From: Azolla caroliniana | Taxonomy: Eukaryota; Plantae; Polypodiophyta | Direction of reading: 5' to 3' | DNA: 64,000 nucleotides | Assembly: GCA_043228905.1 (NCBI GenBank) | Contig: JBHGNT010000103.1 | Coordinates: 1 to 64,000, forward strand | The notes under the pieces: model-generated | Seen by the model: the letters and a program-made list of their open reading frames with translations, nothing else | Databases searched by the model: none | What the model was told of the DNA's origin: nothing | Shown here: positions 9,786 to 22,185 of the stretch, piece by piece | Numbering within the stretch: the stretch's first letter is position 1 | How the letters are laid out: each line of letters opens with the position of its first letter | Position numbers and translations under genes: made by a program

Positions 9786-12729
9786 ATGGTACTGTCGGAA
9801 GAGGCACGCCAATGGATGAGGGAGAACGGGTTAAAAGGATTGCTGCAGATCGCCGACGCTCCACCACACGCAGAACCAGAGCAGGCGGCAGCATTGATCG
9901 ATATATCAGAAGTCACGGAAGGAGCGGTGCAGGCGCTCACGGGGATAAAAGCAGGAGGACTTCAAACAATCGAAAACCCTTCAAGTGAAATCCTGTTCGA
10001 ATATTTCGGGGAGTACTCTATCAGCAGCAAGGCGTACCGAACGCAGGGCGGAGAGAACCTGTTGTTCGGAGAAGTGGCCCACGCCATGATGGAATACAGA
10101 TTCGTGAATCCCCGTCCCCCGGCCATAGCCAAGTACCGGGCAGCGTTCTTAATAGCAGCGTACGAAGGCTTACAAATAGACTGGCTCCATTTCATAACCG
10201 AAGGATTGAAGGAGGCCATCAAAAATCTTGTGGAAGGAAAAAAGCCATGGGCTGGGATAGCACAATGGCTAACGGTGTTAGTCCCACCGGTGCTCCCCAT
10301 CACACAAAAGAAAAGAGGTCGGCAGGAGACGACGCCGAAAAAGGTCACAAAGCGCCGACAGATCTTGGAGAAACACACCCCCGGATGGACCCAGCAAGAA
10401 GCAGAACAGCAGGGGGAAGGACCATCCCGACATCAACAGGAACTGGCAACAAAGGCAAAACCGGCAGGTAAAGGCAAAGGGAAATCGGCCGAGGAGGAAC
10501 CGGTAGCGCGCAAACCAATCCATATAACGCTACGACGGCCGGAACCGGAACCAGAGGTCTTTATACAAAAGGTCTGTCTGGTAACCGCACCGGAGGAGGA
10601 AGCTGAAACAGAAGACTCATCCGAACCACTGGAAAGACTCCCAGCAAGACAAGGTCGGGAGAAACGGGCGAAAGGACCGGCTCCACCAGTGGACAGAACT
10701 CAGCAGAGGGCGCAAGGACCATCTCCAGTAGGCGAGGCGGAAACAGCACCGGAACCCGTACCGAGGGAAGCAGCACCGACACTGGTTGTGCCGGACTTCA
10801 GAGAACCGGTCATCCCAGAGAAGAAGAAGGAACAAGCGCCGGAGCCAGAGAAAAGGCCGGAAAAACAGCCTGAGTTAAGTGAGCAAGGCCACCCCGACAC
10901 AGGAAGAACAAAGCCACAATGGCTGAGATGGCTTTCGGAGCAGTTATCGGGAGTAGCGGACCAGTTAGAAAAAGAAGAAACGTGTAGGCAATAGTTGACG
11001 CATACAACAACTCAGGAGTTGGTCGCGCTCCGAACACAGATCGAGGAAATGCAAGGGGCGTTGTTGCAGGCAAGGGAAGGAATTCAACAAGCACAAGTTG
11101 TCACCGAGCCAGTCGGGACAACAAGGAAGCAACCAGAACCGGAACCGAAACCGGTAGCCTTGCAAACCGGCCCTGAGACCGAAAAAATAATAGAAACCTT
11201 ACGAGAGGAGTTAAAAGCTCAGGAGGCATTAAGTGAAAGAGAAAGGGAGCAACGGAAAGCGGTGGAGGACGACAGACGAAAAATGGAAGAAGGCCTCCGG
11301 AAAGGTCGAGCTGCTAATGACGAACTGCAAGAAGAAAAAGAGAAGCTGCAAAAGGAGAAGGACCGACTACGTCGACATGCCGAGCAAGAGATAGAATGAC
11401 TGCAGGAAGAACTCCGACAACAGAAGGACCGGGACGATCGGTTAAGAGCTCAGGCCAACCGACGCCTGAAGTAGAAGACGGAGGACTTCGACCGTCTCTA
11501 CCGAGATCACAAGCAGGCCGAGTCGGACAACAAGAAACGGGCAGCAGACTACGATCGGCAAATAGAGAAGCTGAAAGAACAGCTCAAAGAGACCCGATTA
11601 GACCTGGCTAAGGCAATGGATGAGGTCAGTGCCAACAAGGAAGCATTGTCGGCGGAAATAGCCCAAGCGACGGAGAGAAGGAAGGAATTAGAGGCGCTAA
11701 GGCGGAAAAGCTGGACCTGACCAAGATCAGGAATGAAGAAAAGGAAAAATCGACCTTCACGATCAGCAAACTGCAAAGTACCTATGAAAGGCAGAAAGCG
11801 GATTACGAGGCCCAGGCTCAGATAATGGCCGACATTATAAAACGGGCAAGGAAGGAAAAGCAGGAAGCTTATGCGCATGCTAAGGCAGGGGTTGACCGGA
11901 TCAAGCTCATCATGTCAGGATGGAGTACCCGAGCTCAGGCAAGCATCAACGAAAGTACGGAAAAGCTATGGAAGGAGTGGTCACAATAGGCAGCCGAGCT
12001 GCAGACACTCCGAGCGGATGCCGAGAATCGGAGGAAGACCGGTGACAAGTTCTACAAGATGGATGAAGAAAGTATCGTCGCCATTCGGGAAGAATTGTCG
12101 GAGGATTTTCTACACTTTAGCAGAAGAACACCTCAAAGAAATCCGAGGGTTGGTAGAGAGGTTGGATGACGGGCAGCTCGCAACTCAGTTGGAGTTGGAG
12201 AGATACGAGCAGGACCGGTTACGACAGGAAGCTAAGGGAAGAACGACGCCAATCACGATAAGTGAGGGAGAGCGACCGGCTGAAGATGAACCAACCGACA
12301 CCGAACAACCCCGACGAGGAATACCCGACGACGAACTTGAAGAAGAGCAGGAGCAGACCGATGCCGGAGAAGAAGAAGAGCTGAGACCGGAAGACACCAG
12401 AGCAGAGGAAGGAGGCATATCGAGTCGACCAGTCGAGACCGGAGAAAGCGACACTGGTAACAGAACAGAGCCAGGAACGGAGGGAGAACAGGAAGAACCC
12501 GGACGAAGCGGTGAGGAAGCACCGGCACCACAGAATCAAGCAGAGCCGGAGCAGCAAATTTTTACGGAACAGCCCACCCAACCGGAGGTCGGAGACCAGG
12601 CAGGCAAGGAACAGGAACAGGAGGAAGAAGCACCACTTGACACCATCGAGCAGAGTGTGCTCGATATTTTGAAGACTGAGGCCGGGAGTGGATTTGAAGT
12701 GCAAGGCACTTTCCCACGCGCGTGCCATG
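9786..12729 (+). pseudogene. Extra ORF downstream of pol (globular N-terminus, Pro/Glu-rich linker, long coiled coil, acidic tail), interrupted by stops and frameshifts
   Basis: ORF pieces 9600-10994, 10995-11399 and 11871-12794 on the plus strand, between pol and the LTR; TATATAAG at 9643 upstream of ATG 9786. Confidence 0.65.
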
Positions 12730-13119
12730 TGTTGGCCGGTCAGAAGAGCAAGGACAAGTGGGAAGGCGGAATCGGATCGGATAATAGGAAGTAAATAATA
12801 GTAGAATTATTATTCGGAGGGACGGATCCGGTACAGTTGTACCGATCCGGATCCGGACCGATTCGGATGTCGGTTGCCTAAGCGCACCGATTGTAACCTT
12901 GTCGGATGCCTATAAAAGGATCCGATGATTTGTAAAGGGTTTTGACGGAAGTAATACAATAGTAATTATTGTGTGTTTATCTGTATCTCGTATTATTTAC
13001 CGTCTGTGCTTAATTGTAATCATCTTACGCGTGTAACCTAGCATCCAATCCTTACCACCCCTTTGGAGAAGTGTCGGATAGACACCTGTGTTGAGGCTAG
13101 TCCGGCCAGACAGACAACA
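12730..13119 (+). repeat. Full LTR copy
   Basis: Matches 3216-3605 with about 8 substitutions; followed by CTA, like the 5' LTR. Confidence 0.9.
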
Positions 13120-13122
13120 CTA

Positions 13123-13345
13123 CCTTGCCGGATGCCTATAAAAGGATCCGATGATTTGTAAAGGGTTTTGACGGAAGTAATACAATAGTAATTATTGCGT
13201 GTTTATCTGTATCTCGTATTGTTTACCGTCTGTGCTTAATTGTAATCATCTTACGCGTGTAACCTAGCATCCAATCCTTACCACCCCTTTGGAGAAGTGT
13301 CGGATAGACACCTGTGTTGAGGCTAGTCCGTCCAGACAGACAACA
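13123..13345 (+). repeat. Partial LTR copy (3' ~220 bp) carrying the TSD
   Basis: Repeats LTR sequence from CCTTGCCGGATGCC to CAACA, followed by AAATT. Confidence 0.9.
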
Positions 13346-13365
13346 AAATTTAAGTCTCGCAACGC

Positions 13366-14330
13366 ATGGAGGAGGAGCACGCAGAACAACAAATGATCGA
13401 GCATGCTTTGGTTGGAATAGTAGAAAGAGAGGAAGAATGCGCTCTAAGCAAGATCGGTCGAATGCAAAACGTAGATGAGGGTCGTATGGGAATCGAGCTG
13501 CCCGCATTAAACATCACCTTAGTCGGAGCTAGCCACAATGCGGAACGGAGCGAAGGATATGGTTCGTAAGAACAAGACGACGAAGAAGGCCGAAAAGTAC
13601 ACAAAGCAACAACTTGAGAAGGCCCAAAAGACAATCGCAGAATTGGAGCACTGCCTTACAAGAAGCCACAACCTCAACCACCACCGCAGCCTCCCCCACA
13701 CCCAAACTACGGAAACTCCATGAGAAGGTCAAAGCTCAGACAGCGATAGCGGCCAAGAAGAAAAAAGCTCCGGAAATCGCCAACATTGAGATCGAGAGAC
13801 TCCGCTCTGAACTCCGATAATTGTCGGATCGTGAGATGGATATCCGGGCCAAGGGATGTAAGTTCGTGAAGATGATCCAATAGAAATTAGACGCTGAAAT
13901 CACGACTCACACAAAGACAACCAAAGAGCTCAATAAGAAAAGGTAAGAAGTCAGTCGAGCTGAAGGGATCATTGCGGCACTATAGGAGGCTGCATAGAAA
14001 AAACGCCAATGGTACGACGAGAAAATCGAGATCAAGCAACAAATAACAAGAGAGGTCAAAGTACGATTAAACAATGAAATGGGTCGACTCGAAGCATTGC
14101 ACAATAAAGAATCAAAATTGTGGCAGGAGGTAAAGTCGCAATACGAAAAAAACACAGCCTCCAATGCAAGCAAAATTTCAAACCTCAAGACAGCTCTCAA
14201 GGAGATGCGAACGCACATAAAGCTTCTTTTGCCGTGTCGAACGCAACTACATATTCCGCTTTGGTCGTTGAGGTGGTTGTGCACTCCTAAAGTTTTGACT
14301 TCCACGAGATTGCTCCATTGCCGAATTTGA
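13366..14330 (+). pseudogene. Degenerate coiled-coil coding sequence, probably TE-derived (interrupted by the Gypsy)
   Basis: Short Glu/Lys-rich plus-strand ORF fragments separated by stops; no diagnostic motif. Confidence 0.3.
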
Positions 14331-14399
14331 AACAATATTCGGTTGTTGATTTCTGACTGTCCACACAACCAGCGAAGTCTGAGTCGGTGTAACCGACTA

Positions 14400-17300
14400 C
14401 GCCTGAGGTTGAGTTCGGGCCGAAAAGAATGTTCTGGTCTTTTCTGCCAGCTAGATATCTGAACACATGCTTGACTGCATTCTAGTGCGATCGTCCAGGG
14501 TTGTGCATGAATCTGCTGACGACTCCTACGGCGTGAGAAATATCAAGCCGTGTTGCGACCATCGCGTACATGAGGGAGCCGACTGCCAGTGCATATGGTA
14601 CCGACTTCATATCTTCCCCCTCCGGACCGGATGTCGGACAGTCTTGCTGAGACAGTCGAAGGTTAATGGGGAGCGGGGTCAAAGAAGACTTGGCCGATTG
14701 CATGTTAAAGCATTCTAAGACACGTCCGATGTAGTCGGTTTGAGACAAGAAAAGTTGTCGTGTATCGCGATACCGACTAATCTCCATACCAAGTATGTGT
14801 CTTGCCGGACCGAGGTCCTTCATGGAAAACTTCAACCGCAGTTGCCGAACGAGTTCGGTGAGCTCTCCGGCATGCCGACCGAAAAGTAGCATGTCATTCA
14901 CGTAGATGATGAGGAAGATGGGAGAGCTGTCTTGAGTTGTTTTGGTGAAGAGACAGTGGTCCTCATCGCTCTTTGAGAAGCCGACCGATTGGATGAAGTC
15001 GTCGAACTTCTTGTACCACTGTTGGGGTGCCTGTTTCAGGCCGTAGAGACTAGATGTTCTTGGCCGGATGTCACAAAGCCTTTCGGCTGCTCCATATAGA
15101 TTTCCTCCTGTAGGTCACCGTGGAGGAATGTCATTTTTACATCTAGCGAAATCAGCTCCAAGTTGTCGGCGGCCACGACGCCGAGCATGAAACGAAGGGT
15201 CGTCATTTTCACCACTGGTGAAAAGATTTCGTCGAAGTCGACGCCATATTCTTATCGAAATCCCTTCGCAACTAATCTGGCCTTGTACTTTGGGGTGGTC
15301 GATTCAGACGTCTCTTTTAGTCAATAGACCCACTTACACGGAAAGAGCACGTCGATTCTTTGGTAATTCGACCAAGTCCCAAGTCTTGTTTGCCCGAATG
15401 GAGTGCATTTCCGACTCCATCGCCAGATGCCATGTGGCTGAATCGGCAGATGCTGATGCTTCTTCGTAAGATGTCGGTTCGTTGACGTCGGTAAAGAAAA
15501 TTCTGGGAGAGTACCTCTCCAGAGGTTGCGATAGTCTCTCGGATCTGCGAGGTATGACTGGACCAATCGCATCGGGTGTCAATGTCAGATGGTCGGGAGC
15601 CGAGCCATTCGGCTGTGCCGAATTAGTGGATTCGGTGTGAGAGTTGTCGGTTACCCGTGAAACCGATCTCATGTCTTGGGTTGGGCCGTCATGAAGGGTT
15701 GGCACTTCAGAAAATATTACCCTTCGGACTTCAATAGGCCTTTCGGCCGTTTTATGCATAGCCGACTTGTTGAACACGACGTCCGAACTTCGGATGATTT
15801 GTCTGTGCTCGGGGTCCCAGAGTCGGTATCCGATCTCGTCGTCGGGTCCATATCCAAGAAAAACACATTTCCTTGACCTTGGTTCGAGTTTCCGGCGGTC
15901 GTCTTTCGGTATGAGAGCATACGCCCAACCGAAGATCCTCAGCTTGTCATAATTCGGCTTACTGCCAATCTATATTTCCTGAGGTATTTGAAGTCCTAGA
16001 GGTCTACTTGGCGACATATTTATTATGTGTACTGCCGTAAGTAGAGCCTCCACCCAGAAGCCATCTAACAGTCTGGAATGTTGGAGCATGGATACTACGC
16101 GTTCTTGAATCGTCTGATTCATGCGTTCAGCAATTCCGTTCTGCTCCAGACTATAGGGTGCCGTATATTCACGTCGAATGCCGTGTTCCCAGCTGAATTT
16201 GACGAATTGTTAAGACTTGAATTCTCCTCCATTGTCGGTTCAGAGACATTTGAGTTTTCGACCAGTCTGATTTTCGACCATTGCAAGCCATTTAGAGAAG
16301 ATCGAGAACACCCGATCTTTGGTTCTGATGGGGTAAGCCCACACCTTCCGAGTCGAGTCGTCAATAAAACTGACGAAGTACGAAGCACCGCCGAGAGATT
16401 GATGTGGCATCGGGCCACAAATGTCTTAGTGGACCAAATCGAGGGGACTCGATTCTCTTGGTGCTGATGTCGGGTGTGATGTGGCTACCTGTTTGCCTTA
16501 CTGGCAATGCTCGCAGAATTGGTGATCCGAGAAGGAGATTTTGGGGATGTAACTGGGTCTGGATAGGTGCGTTATGCCGGCCTTGCTGAGGTATCCAAGT
16601 CGTCTGTGCCATAATGATGACACGGGGATATCAACCAAAAATAAGTCACCCTCTTAAATTGAGTGTGACATATAAAGGATACAAGGAATGTACCTTTGGT
16701 CCTCGAGCAAGCAGGAGGTTCCCTTTGTGGAGTGTCCACCCTCCTGATGAGAATCCGTCACGGATGCCGGCTTCGTCAAGTTGTCCAACTGAGATCAAGG
16801 GTCTTGAAAGCTCAGGAATGTGTCGAACGTTGTGTAGTACGAGTGTAGAGCCTCTCGGAAGATTGAGCTCTATGGTGCCGATTCCGATTATAGCACAATG
16901 CTGCGAGTTTCCGACTCGAACTAAGTCGGAGTGCCGGTCTGAGTATTGTCAAAACTGAGATCGGTTAGGTGTCACATGATATGATGCGTCTGAGTCCAGG
17001 AGCCATGTGCTCGATTCCTCAGTTGTAAGAAGAACTTCTAATTCGACTGGGTTCTCTATGGACAATATGTTCGGGTCGGTCGTCAAAATTTCGGTTGAAG
17101 AGCCGATGTAGTTGACCTCCTCATGCTGGCTACTCTTCTGATCCGCTCTCTGAGCTTTGTTGGTTTTTGCTTTGAGTGCCCGGTAGTCGGCTTTGATGTG
17201 TCCCGGTTTCTTGCAGTAGTTGCAGATTCGGTTGTCCTGGGACTTGCTCTCGCTTCGCTGATTGTTCGGCAGTTGGGAAGAACTTCTTCCTCGGTTGTTC

Positions 17301-18989
17301 GATCGGTCGGTCGAACCTTGTACTACGTAAGCTTCATCTGCTGAGTCTTTCGCCAAAGACTTTCTTCGAGCTGCTTCCGTCAGGATTGCGCTCGTGACTT
17401 CGGAGTACTTAACGACAACTGTTGAAGCATTGCACACGGTTGTAACAAAAGTTTCCCATGAAGAGGGGAGACTACTCATGAGTATCATTGCTCTGAGTTC
17501 ATCCTCGATTGCCATCCCCTGAGATGAGATTTGGGAGCTTATGCTTTCATACTCGTTGAGGTGTACCTGAACCGAATCAGATTCTTTCATCCGCAAGTTG
17601 TTGAGGCGCCGGATTAGATACATCTTTGTTGCGGCAACCTTCTTTTCATAAGTTTCCGACAGTGTTTTCCAAAGTTCAAACGTTTTCGTGCATGATTGCA
17701 CTGTGAAGTATACTGACTCCGACAAGTGCATCCGAATCATGCCGCGGACGATTCTATCCAGCTTTAGCCACTTGTTTGCCTTGTATGCTTCTGGAGGATT
17801 TTCATTCTCAATCGGGTCTATTTGACCCTTGACTATGAGATAGTCCTGCATTTGTTCCTTCTAGAAGTTGAAGTTCGAACCGTCGAACCTCCTTAGACTC
17901 ATCTCCGATGAGCCGGATGGTTATGCCATCTGCTTCGGTTTCAGTTGGTAAGGCTCGGTTCGGAGTTGACTACGAACCTTAGTGGGGTGCGGCCGGTCGG
18001 CTCACCCGATATCGTTCTAGTCGATTTTGAACCCGAGTCAGTTTGGTTTCGGATACTTGTTGCTGAACTTGCTCGGAGTGACTCCGGTAACTTGAGGGAC
18101 AGAACCGGTTGGTCTTCCCGAATGTTTTCGAGTCGGAGTGAGCCCGGTTAGCTTCCGATTGTATGCCGAATACCGATTACACGAAACCGATTGTTTGGGC
18201 CGATTCTGCTTCGGATGACTACAACGATGAGAGGGACGGATCCAACTGATCCACCCGAATGTCGATCAGCCGAGTGAACCACGAAGTGGTTGTTGCCAGG
18301 AGACCAATCTGCAGCGGGTGGTTACAACAAGCAGGTGAATAGCGTCTAGTGACCTATTCGGATGTTGTTTAACCGAATGAAGCACGATTGGCTCGGTTGT
18401 TGCTCAAGGAGCTCCCCTCAAGCGGTTACAATCACAGGAACAAAGTACAACCGACTGGCTTACTCCAATTTGTGATTTAACACAGTGAGATGCAAGCTTT
18501 TTGTTTTTCTTCTCCCTTCTCTGTTCTTCAAAGAAAACGAAAACAGAATGTTGTGTTGTGCAATGACGGCCGGCAGCGGGTTGAAGAACCTCCACCGCTC
18601 TGATACCAAATGTTGGGGACAAGGCCGTCAATGCGGAAGTGCAAGCACCATTCGTGATGAAGAAGAACCTGTGTATGCATGAGCAAGATAGACACAAAGG
18701 GAGAGAGAGAGAGAGAGAGAGGCACAAAGGAAACGTTATGTTCCAATAGCAACAGTTACAAATGACAAACAACCTTCACTAAAGGTTACAAAGTCACTTT
18801 ATTTGGTGACTATCCTAGGGCAACTGCCCTTTATGCTATTTACAGAAATAGCCCGAACTTGGGCTGTCCAAAGGGACAGTGTGAATACGGCCATTATACA
18901 CTCGTATTCGACAAGAAGGACCGCAAGAAGAACAAACGCAAGAGGCTAAACTGGAGCCGATAGAACCCACCAGCTCCCCCGCACCAATA
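14400..18989 (-). mobile_element. Ty1/Copia element, 3'-truncated and decayed
   Basis: gag 16949-17851 (CNYCKKPGHIKADY, WLLDSDASYHVT), integrase (~16000-16600), RT (TWDLVELP, FSMKDLG, VGSLMYAMVATR); PBS TGGTATCAGAGC (tRNA-iMet) at 18597-18608; probable 5' LTR 18611-18989. Confidence 0.88.
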
Positions 18990-19364
18990 CTGATGGAATA
19001 AATTGCCCCCCCCCCCCCCCCCCCGTCCACTTTCCGGTCCACAGTCTTGTATTCCGTGTTGATTCGGGCAGTCTGACCCGACCCGACCATCCGTCTGAAC
19101 TTCTCTATTTCCTCGTACATTTTGATTGAATTGACCGGTATCATCCTGTCTTCGCTCAAGCTTTCCTCAACCACCTTCTTGATCTCCCCAAGAGTGTCGT
19201 CGAACGAGATTGCCTCCATGGCAACATTGATCGAGTCGTCGGGGTCCAAGGCTCCACATGATTTCCAATGCCTTTTGACTTGTTGTTTTTCTTGGCCGAC
19301 AACGTCGATTATTGTACAACCTTCGTTTCTAGAGACCCAAAACTTCCTACTTAGTGTACAAGTG

Positions 19365-19429
19365 TGGGGATTGTTCCGGTCGTCCGGACTATCGCAGCCC
19401 CATGCCTCGATAGCCCTCTCTAAAAATCC
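19365..19429 (-). promoter_or_regulatory. Predicted -1 ribosomal frameshift signal (GGAUUUU plus pseudoknot)
   Basis: GAG GAU UUU UAG; stem GGGCUAUCG/CGAUAGUCC; loop UGGGG can pair with downstream CCCCA. Confidence 0.65.
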
Positions 19430-21411
19430 TCTCGGCACTTGGTGACGAGGGAGTCTCGATACTTCTCATGGTTCGGCTGAACCATTAGGAATTGGACGGA
19501 GTGGCGACCATCCTGGCTCTTCATTCACGCATAGGCTGAACCGTTGTCCATCACCTTTGTCTCCATAACATCCATCGTGATGTATGGTTCGCTGAGTATG
19601 ACAAGGTGAGAGGACGAACGAAGAAGTGATGATTTATTTCCATGTCTCCAACCTTCACCCTCACATTCGAGCATGCCCCGTGAAGCTCCTCCATAATGCG
19701 GGTCGCCTTGCATATCTTCCAGCCATGTTTTGTGTTAATCGGTCACTTACCCTTCTTATAGAAGTCCATCGACATGAGGTTGATTTATGATCCATGGTTG
19801 ATCAACGCTACCACTAGCTCCTTGACGTTGCCGATCCGAACCGGTGTCTCGGTCATCGCTCTTGCCCAGTGTGGCTTCATGTAGTGGTTGTTGGCATATT
19901 CGTCTTCTACTGCCACTTTGTCGATCAACGTCGTCCTCACCTCGACTAATTTTCCCCCTTCTGGCTCTATCAACAACTACTTCCTCCTCACTAGGCCAAT
20001 GATATTGTCATGAAACTCTTTCTTCGCTATCCCCAACTCTTCTCGCAACGTGAGTTCCACCCGGCTATCGAGGATCCGCTCCTCTAAGACCTTTCGTAGG
20101 TTTGTCGTCTTTTCGAATTCGGAGCTCAGTAGGAAGCTCAGAAACTTCCCGCTTTCCTTCTCTTGTTGACCAGCCGAACCGACATCCTCCTTCCTCAGTC
20201 CCTTCAGGGTCTCGTACTGGTTCCAAGATTCAGCCCCTCCGGCCTTTCCGACCCGTTTGTCTTCCACCAGAACCTCGTAGTTCTGGCAAGTGGCCTCCAC
20301 AAAGCCAATGCTTTCTTCTATAGGATTGCCCCACCAGTGACTTCTCAGATCCGCTTCTCCATGCGATATGCTTCCTCCTTGACCAATTTCTTTCCGGATA
20401 ACCCTTCCAACACAACCGGCCAGAATCTAGCGTCCTTCCCCATCTTGGCGTTCTCCCCTCTGACACCGAGTAGTGGGCGGTCTCCGCATGTTGCACCGCA
20501 GCTTCCTCCATCAACATTTTCATCCCGCCTCGGTCGGTGTTTATTTCCAGGGGCCTACATGTCTCGCTTGCATGTACCCGACTATTCCAAAGGTACAACA
20601 TGTTGTTCTTAAGCACGACGGCAAAGTCAGCGCAGTCCCTCCGGATATGGCCGACCCCGTCGCACCACATACATTTGAGGTCATTCGGCATGCGCCAGTC
20701 ACATGATTGACCCCCGCCATGTCTTCCAGCCTATGCGATCTGCAGATCACATACCATCTTCGTCAACTCTTCCAAAGTTACGCCCTGGATAATCCGTCAA
20801 CCACATTTGTCTGCGTTAGGCCCGACTCGAACCTTTCACTTGTCTCACCCGACCGAATCGGTACCTCCCCGGTTGTCCTTCCGGCAGTCGGGTCGGCCGA
20901 CGACGTGCTCGCGTTGTTCAATTCACGTCCTTTGTCGAAACGGCTACAGACTCTTTTGACCAAAACCCAATCAGTCGTGAGGCAATAAGAGACTAATCTT
21001 CTCCCTATCGAGTGGATCGACCGACTTGATGAAAAAGAGGATCTTTCTCGTGTTGAGCAGTGTCCGGTCTAGCGCCGACAACCGTGCAAATCGCTTCTCG
21101 AATTCCTGGAGAAGCACCAAAGTGTTCCATCCTTTACTAGGGAGCTCGACCCACTCCATCAGCTCCCTCTTCGAAAACCGGAGTGAGTCCTCGATGTCGT
21201 ACCTCTGGAGGAGTCACTCCTCGAGCTCCAACCAATTTTGGTAGTGGGCCTGAATCTCAAGCACCTCCACGTGGATGCTTGGTGTGACGACTCGCGGAAA
21301 TCCGGACAGACGTTCATCCTCTGGGATGTCCCGCATCAGCATTTTGGCCTTATAGGCGTCCAAATAGGTCGAGACATCTTTAACATTGAATCGGCCCATT
21401 GTGTCGACTAT

Positions 21412-21905
21412 TAACAATCGGCAACGGTTCGGTTCGATTTGAGAGGGTCCAAACCAAACCGGTTTGGAACCAAACCGGTTTGGAACCAAACCGTGAAACC
21501 TTTAAAACGAACCGTTAAACATTTTTCAAACCGTAAAACCGTAAAAACTGCGGTTTCGTGGTTCGGTTTCGATTTTCAACATAGGTCAAATTTATTTTAT
21601 TTTATTTTTTAAATTTATAATATTTCATTATTTAGAATTTTTAAAATTTTTAAGATGTTCCTAAAATGTGAGAATAAGAGTAAAAATGAAAAGATTGTTT
21701 AAAAACAATTTTTAGATTTTTTAGAATTTGTTTCAAATTTTTTAAATTTTTTTTAAAAAATTAAAAAAAAATTAAAAATTAAAAACCGTTAAACCATTTA
21801 AACCACGGTTTTTGACTGATGAAACCGAACCGTTGAAACCATTAAGCCGTTAAACCGCGGTTTCGCAGTTTGGTTCGGTTCAAACCGAACCGTTGCCGAT
21901 TGTTA
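21412..21905. mobile_element. Non-autonomous hAT element (MITE), 494 bp
   Basis: 23-bp TIR TAACAATCGGCAACGGTTCGGTT / AACCGAACCGTTGCCGATTGTTA; 8-bp TSD TCGACTAT/CCGACTAT; many subterminal AAACCG motifs; AT-rich core. Confidence 0.9.
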
Positions 21906-22185
21906 CCGACTATCATCTCTATGGCCCTGTCGAAGCCACTCACGCCCTCTCGACCATTCACTAAATGGTCAACAGCCACCGCCATTGCCTCCGCAAGCTC
22001 GCTTCCCCTCATCTTTAACTCCTTTGCCGCCCCTTTCAAGTCGGGTTCAGCAAAGATGTCGCAGAATTCCACGGGTATGTGTCGAAATGGGGCAAGACCA
22101 CCGAGGTCTCAAACGAAGGAGCCGATAAGAGAAGATGACAGAGAGATGTAGTGAATATTTGGATCGGTTTCCGGATGTCTTTGCC

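Larger units (their letters stand above)
3216..13345 (+). mobile_element. Ty3/Gypsy non-chromovirus LTR retrotransposon (Athila/Phygy/Selgy-like) with an extra 3' ORF; inactivated by stops
   Basis: TG...CA LTRs, 5-bp TSD AAATT (3211-3215 and 13346-13350), PBS, gag-PR-RT-RH-IN order, no chromodomain. Confidence 0.92.
19025..22140 (-). mobile_element. Decayed Gypsy gag-PR and pol start, same family as 48043-55439
   Basis: CMWCDGVGHIRRDC, HWARAMTETPVRIG...ALINHGS, METKVMDNGSAYA and YKTVDRKV all align with the 52387-54501 and 48980 ORFs. Confidence 0.85.

Noticed and set aside
3683-12728. Many antisense and alternative-frame ORFs within the first Gypsy
   Set aside because: They are expected shadows of GC-rich, purine-skewed coding sequence and contain no motifs.
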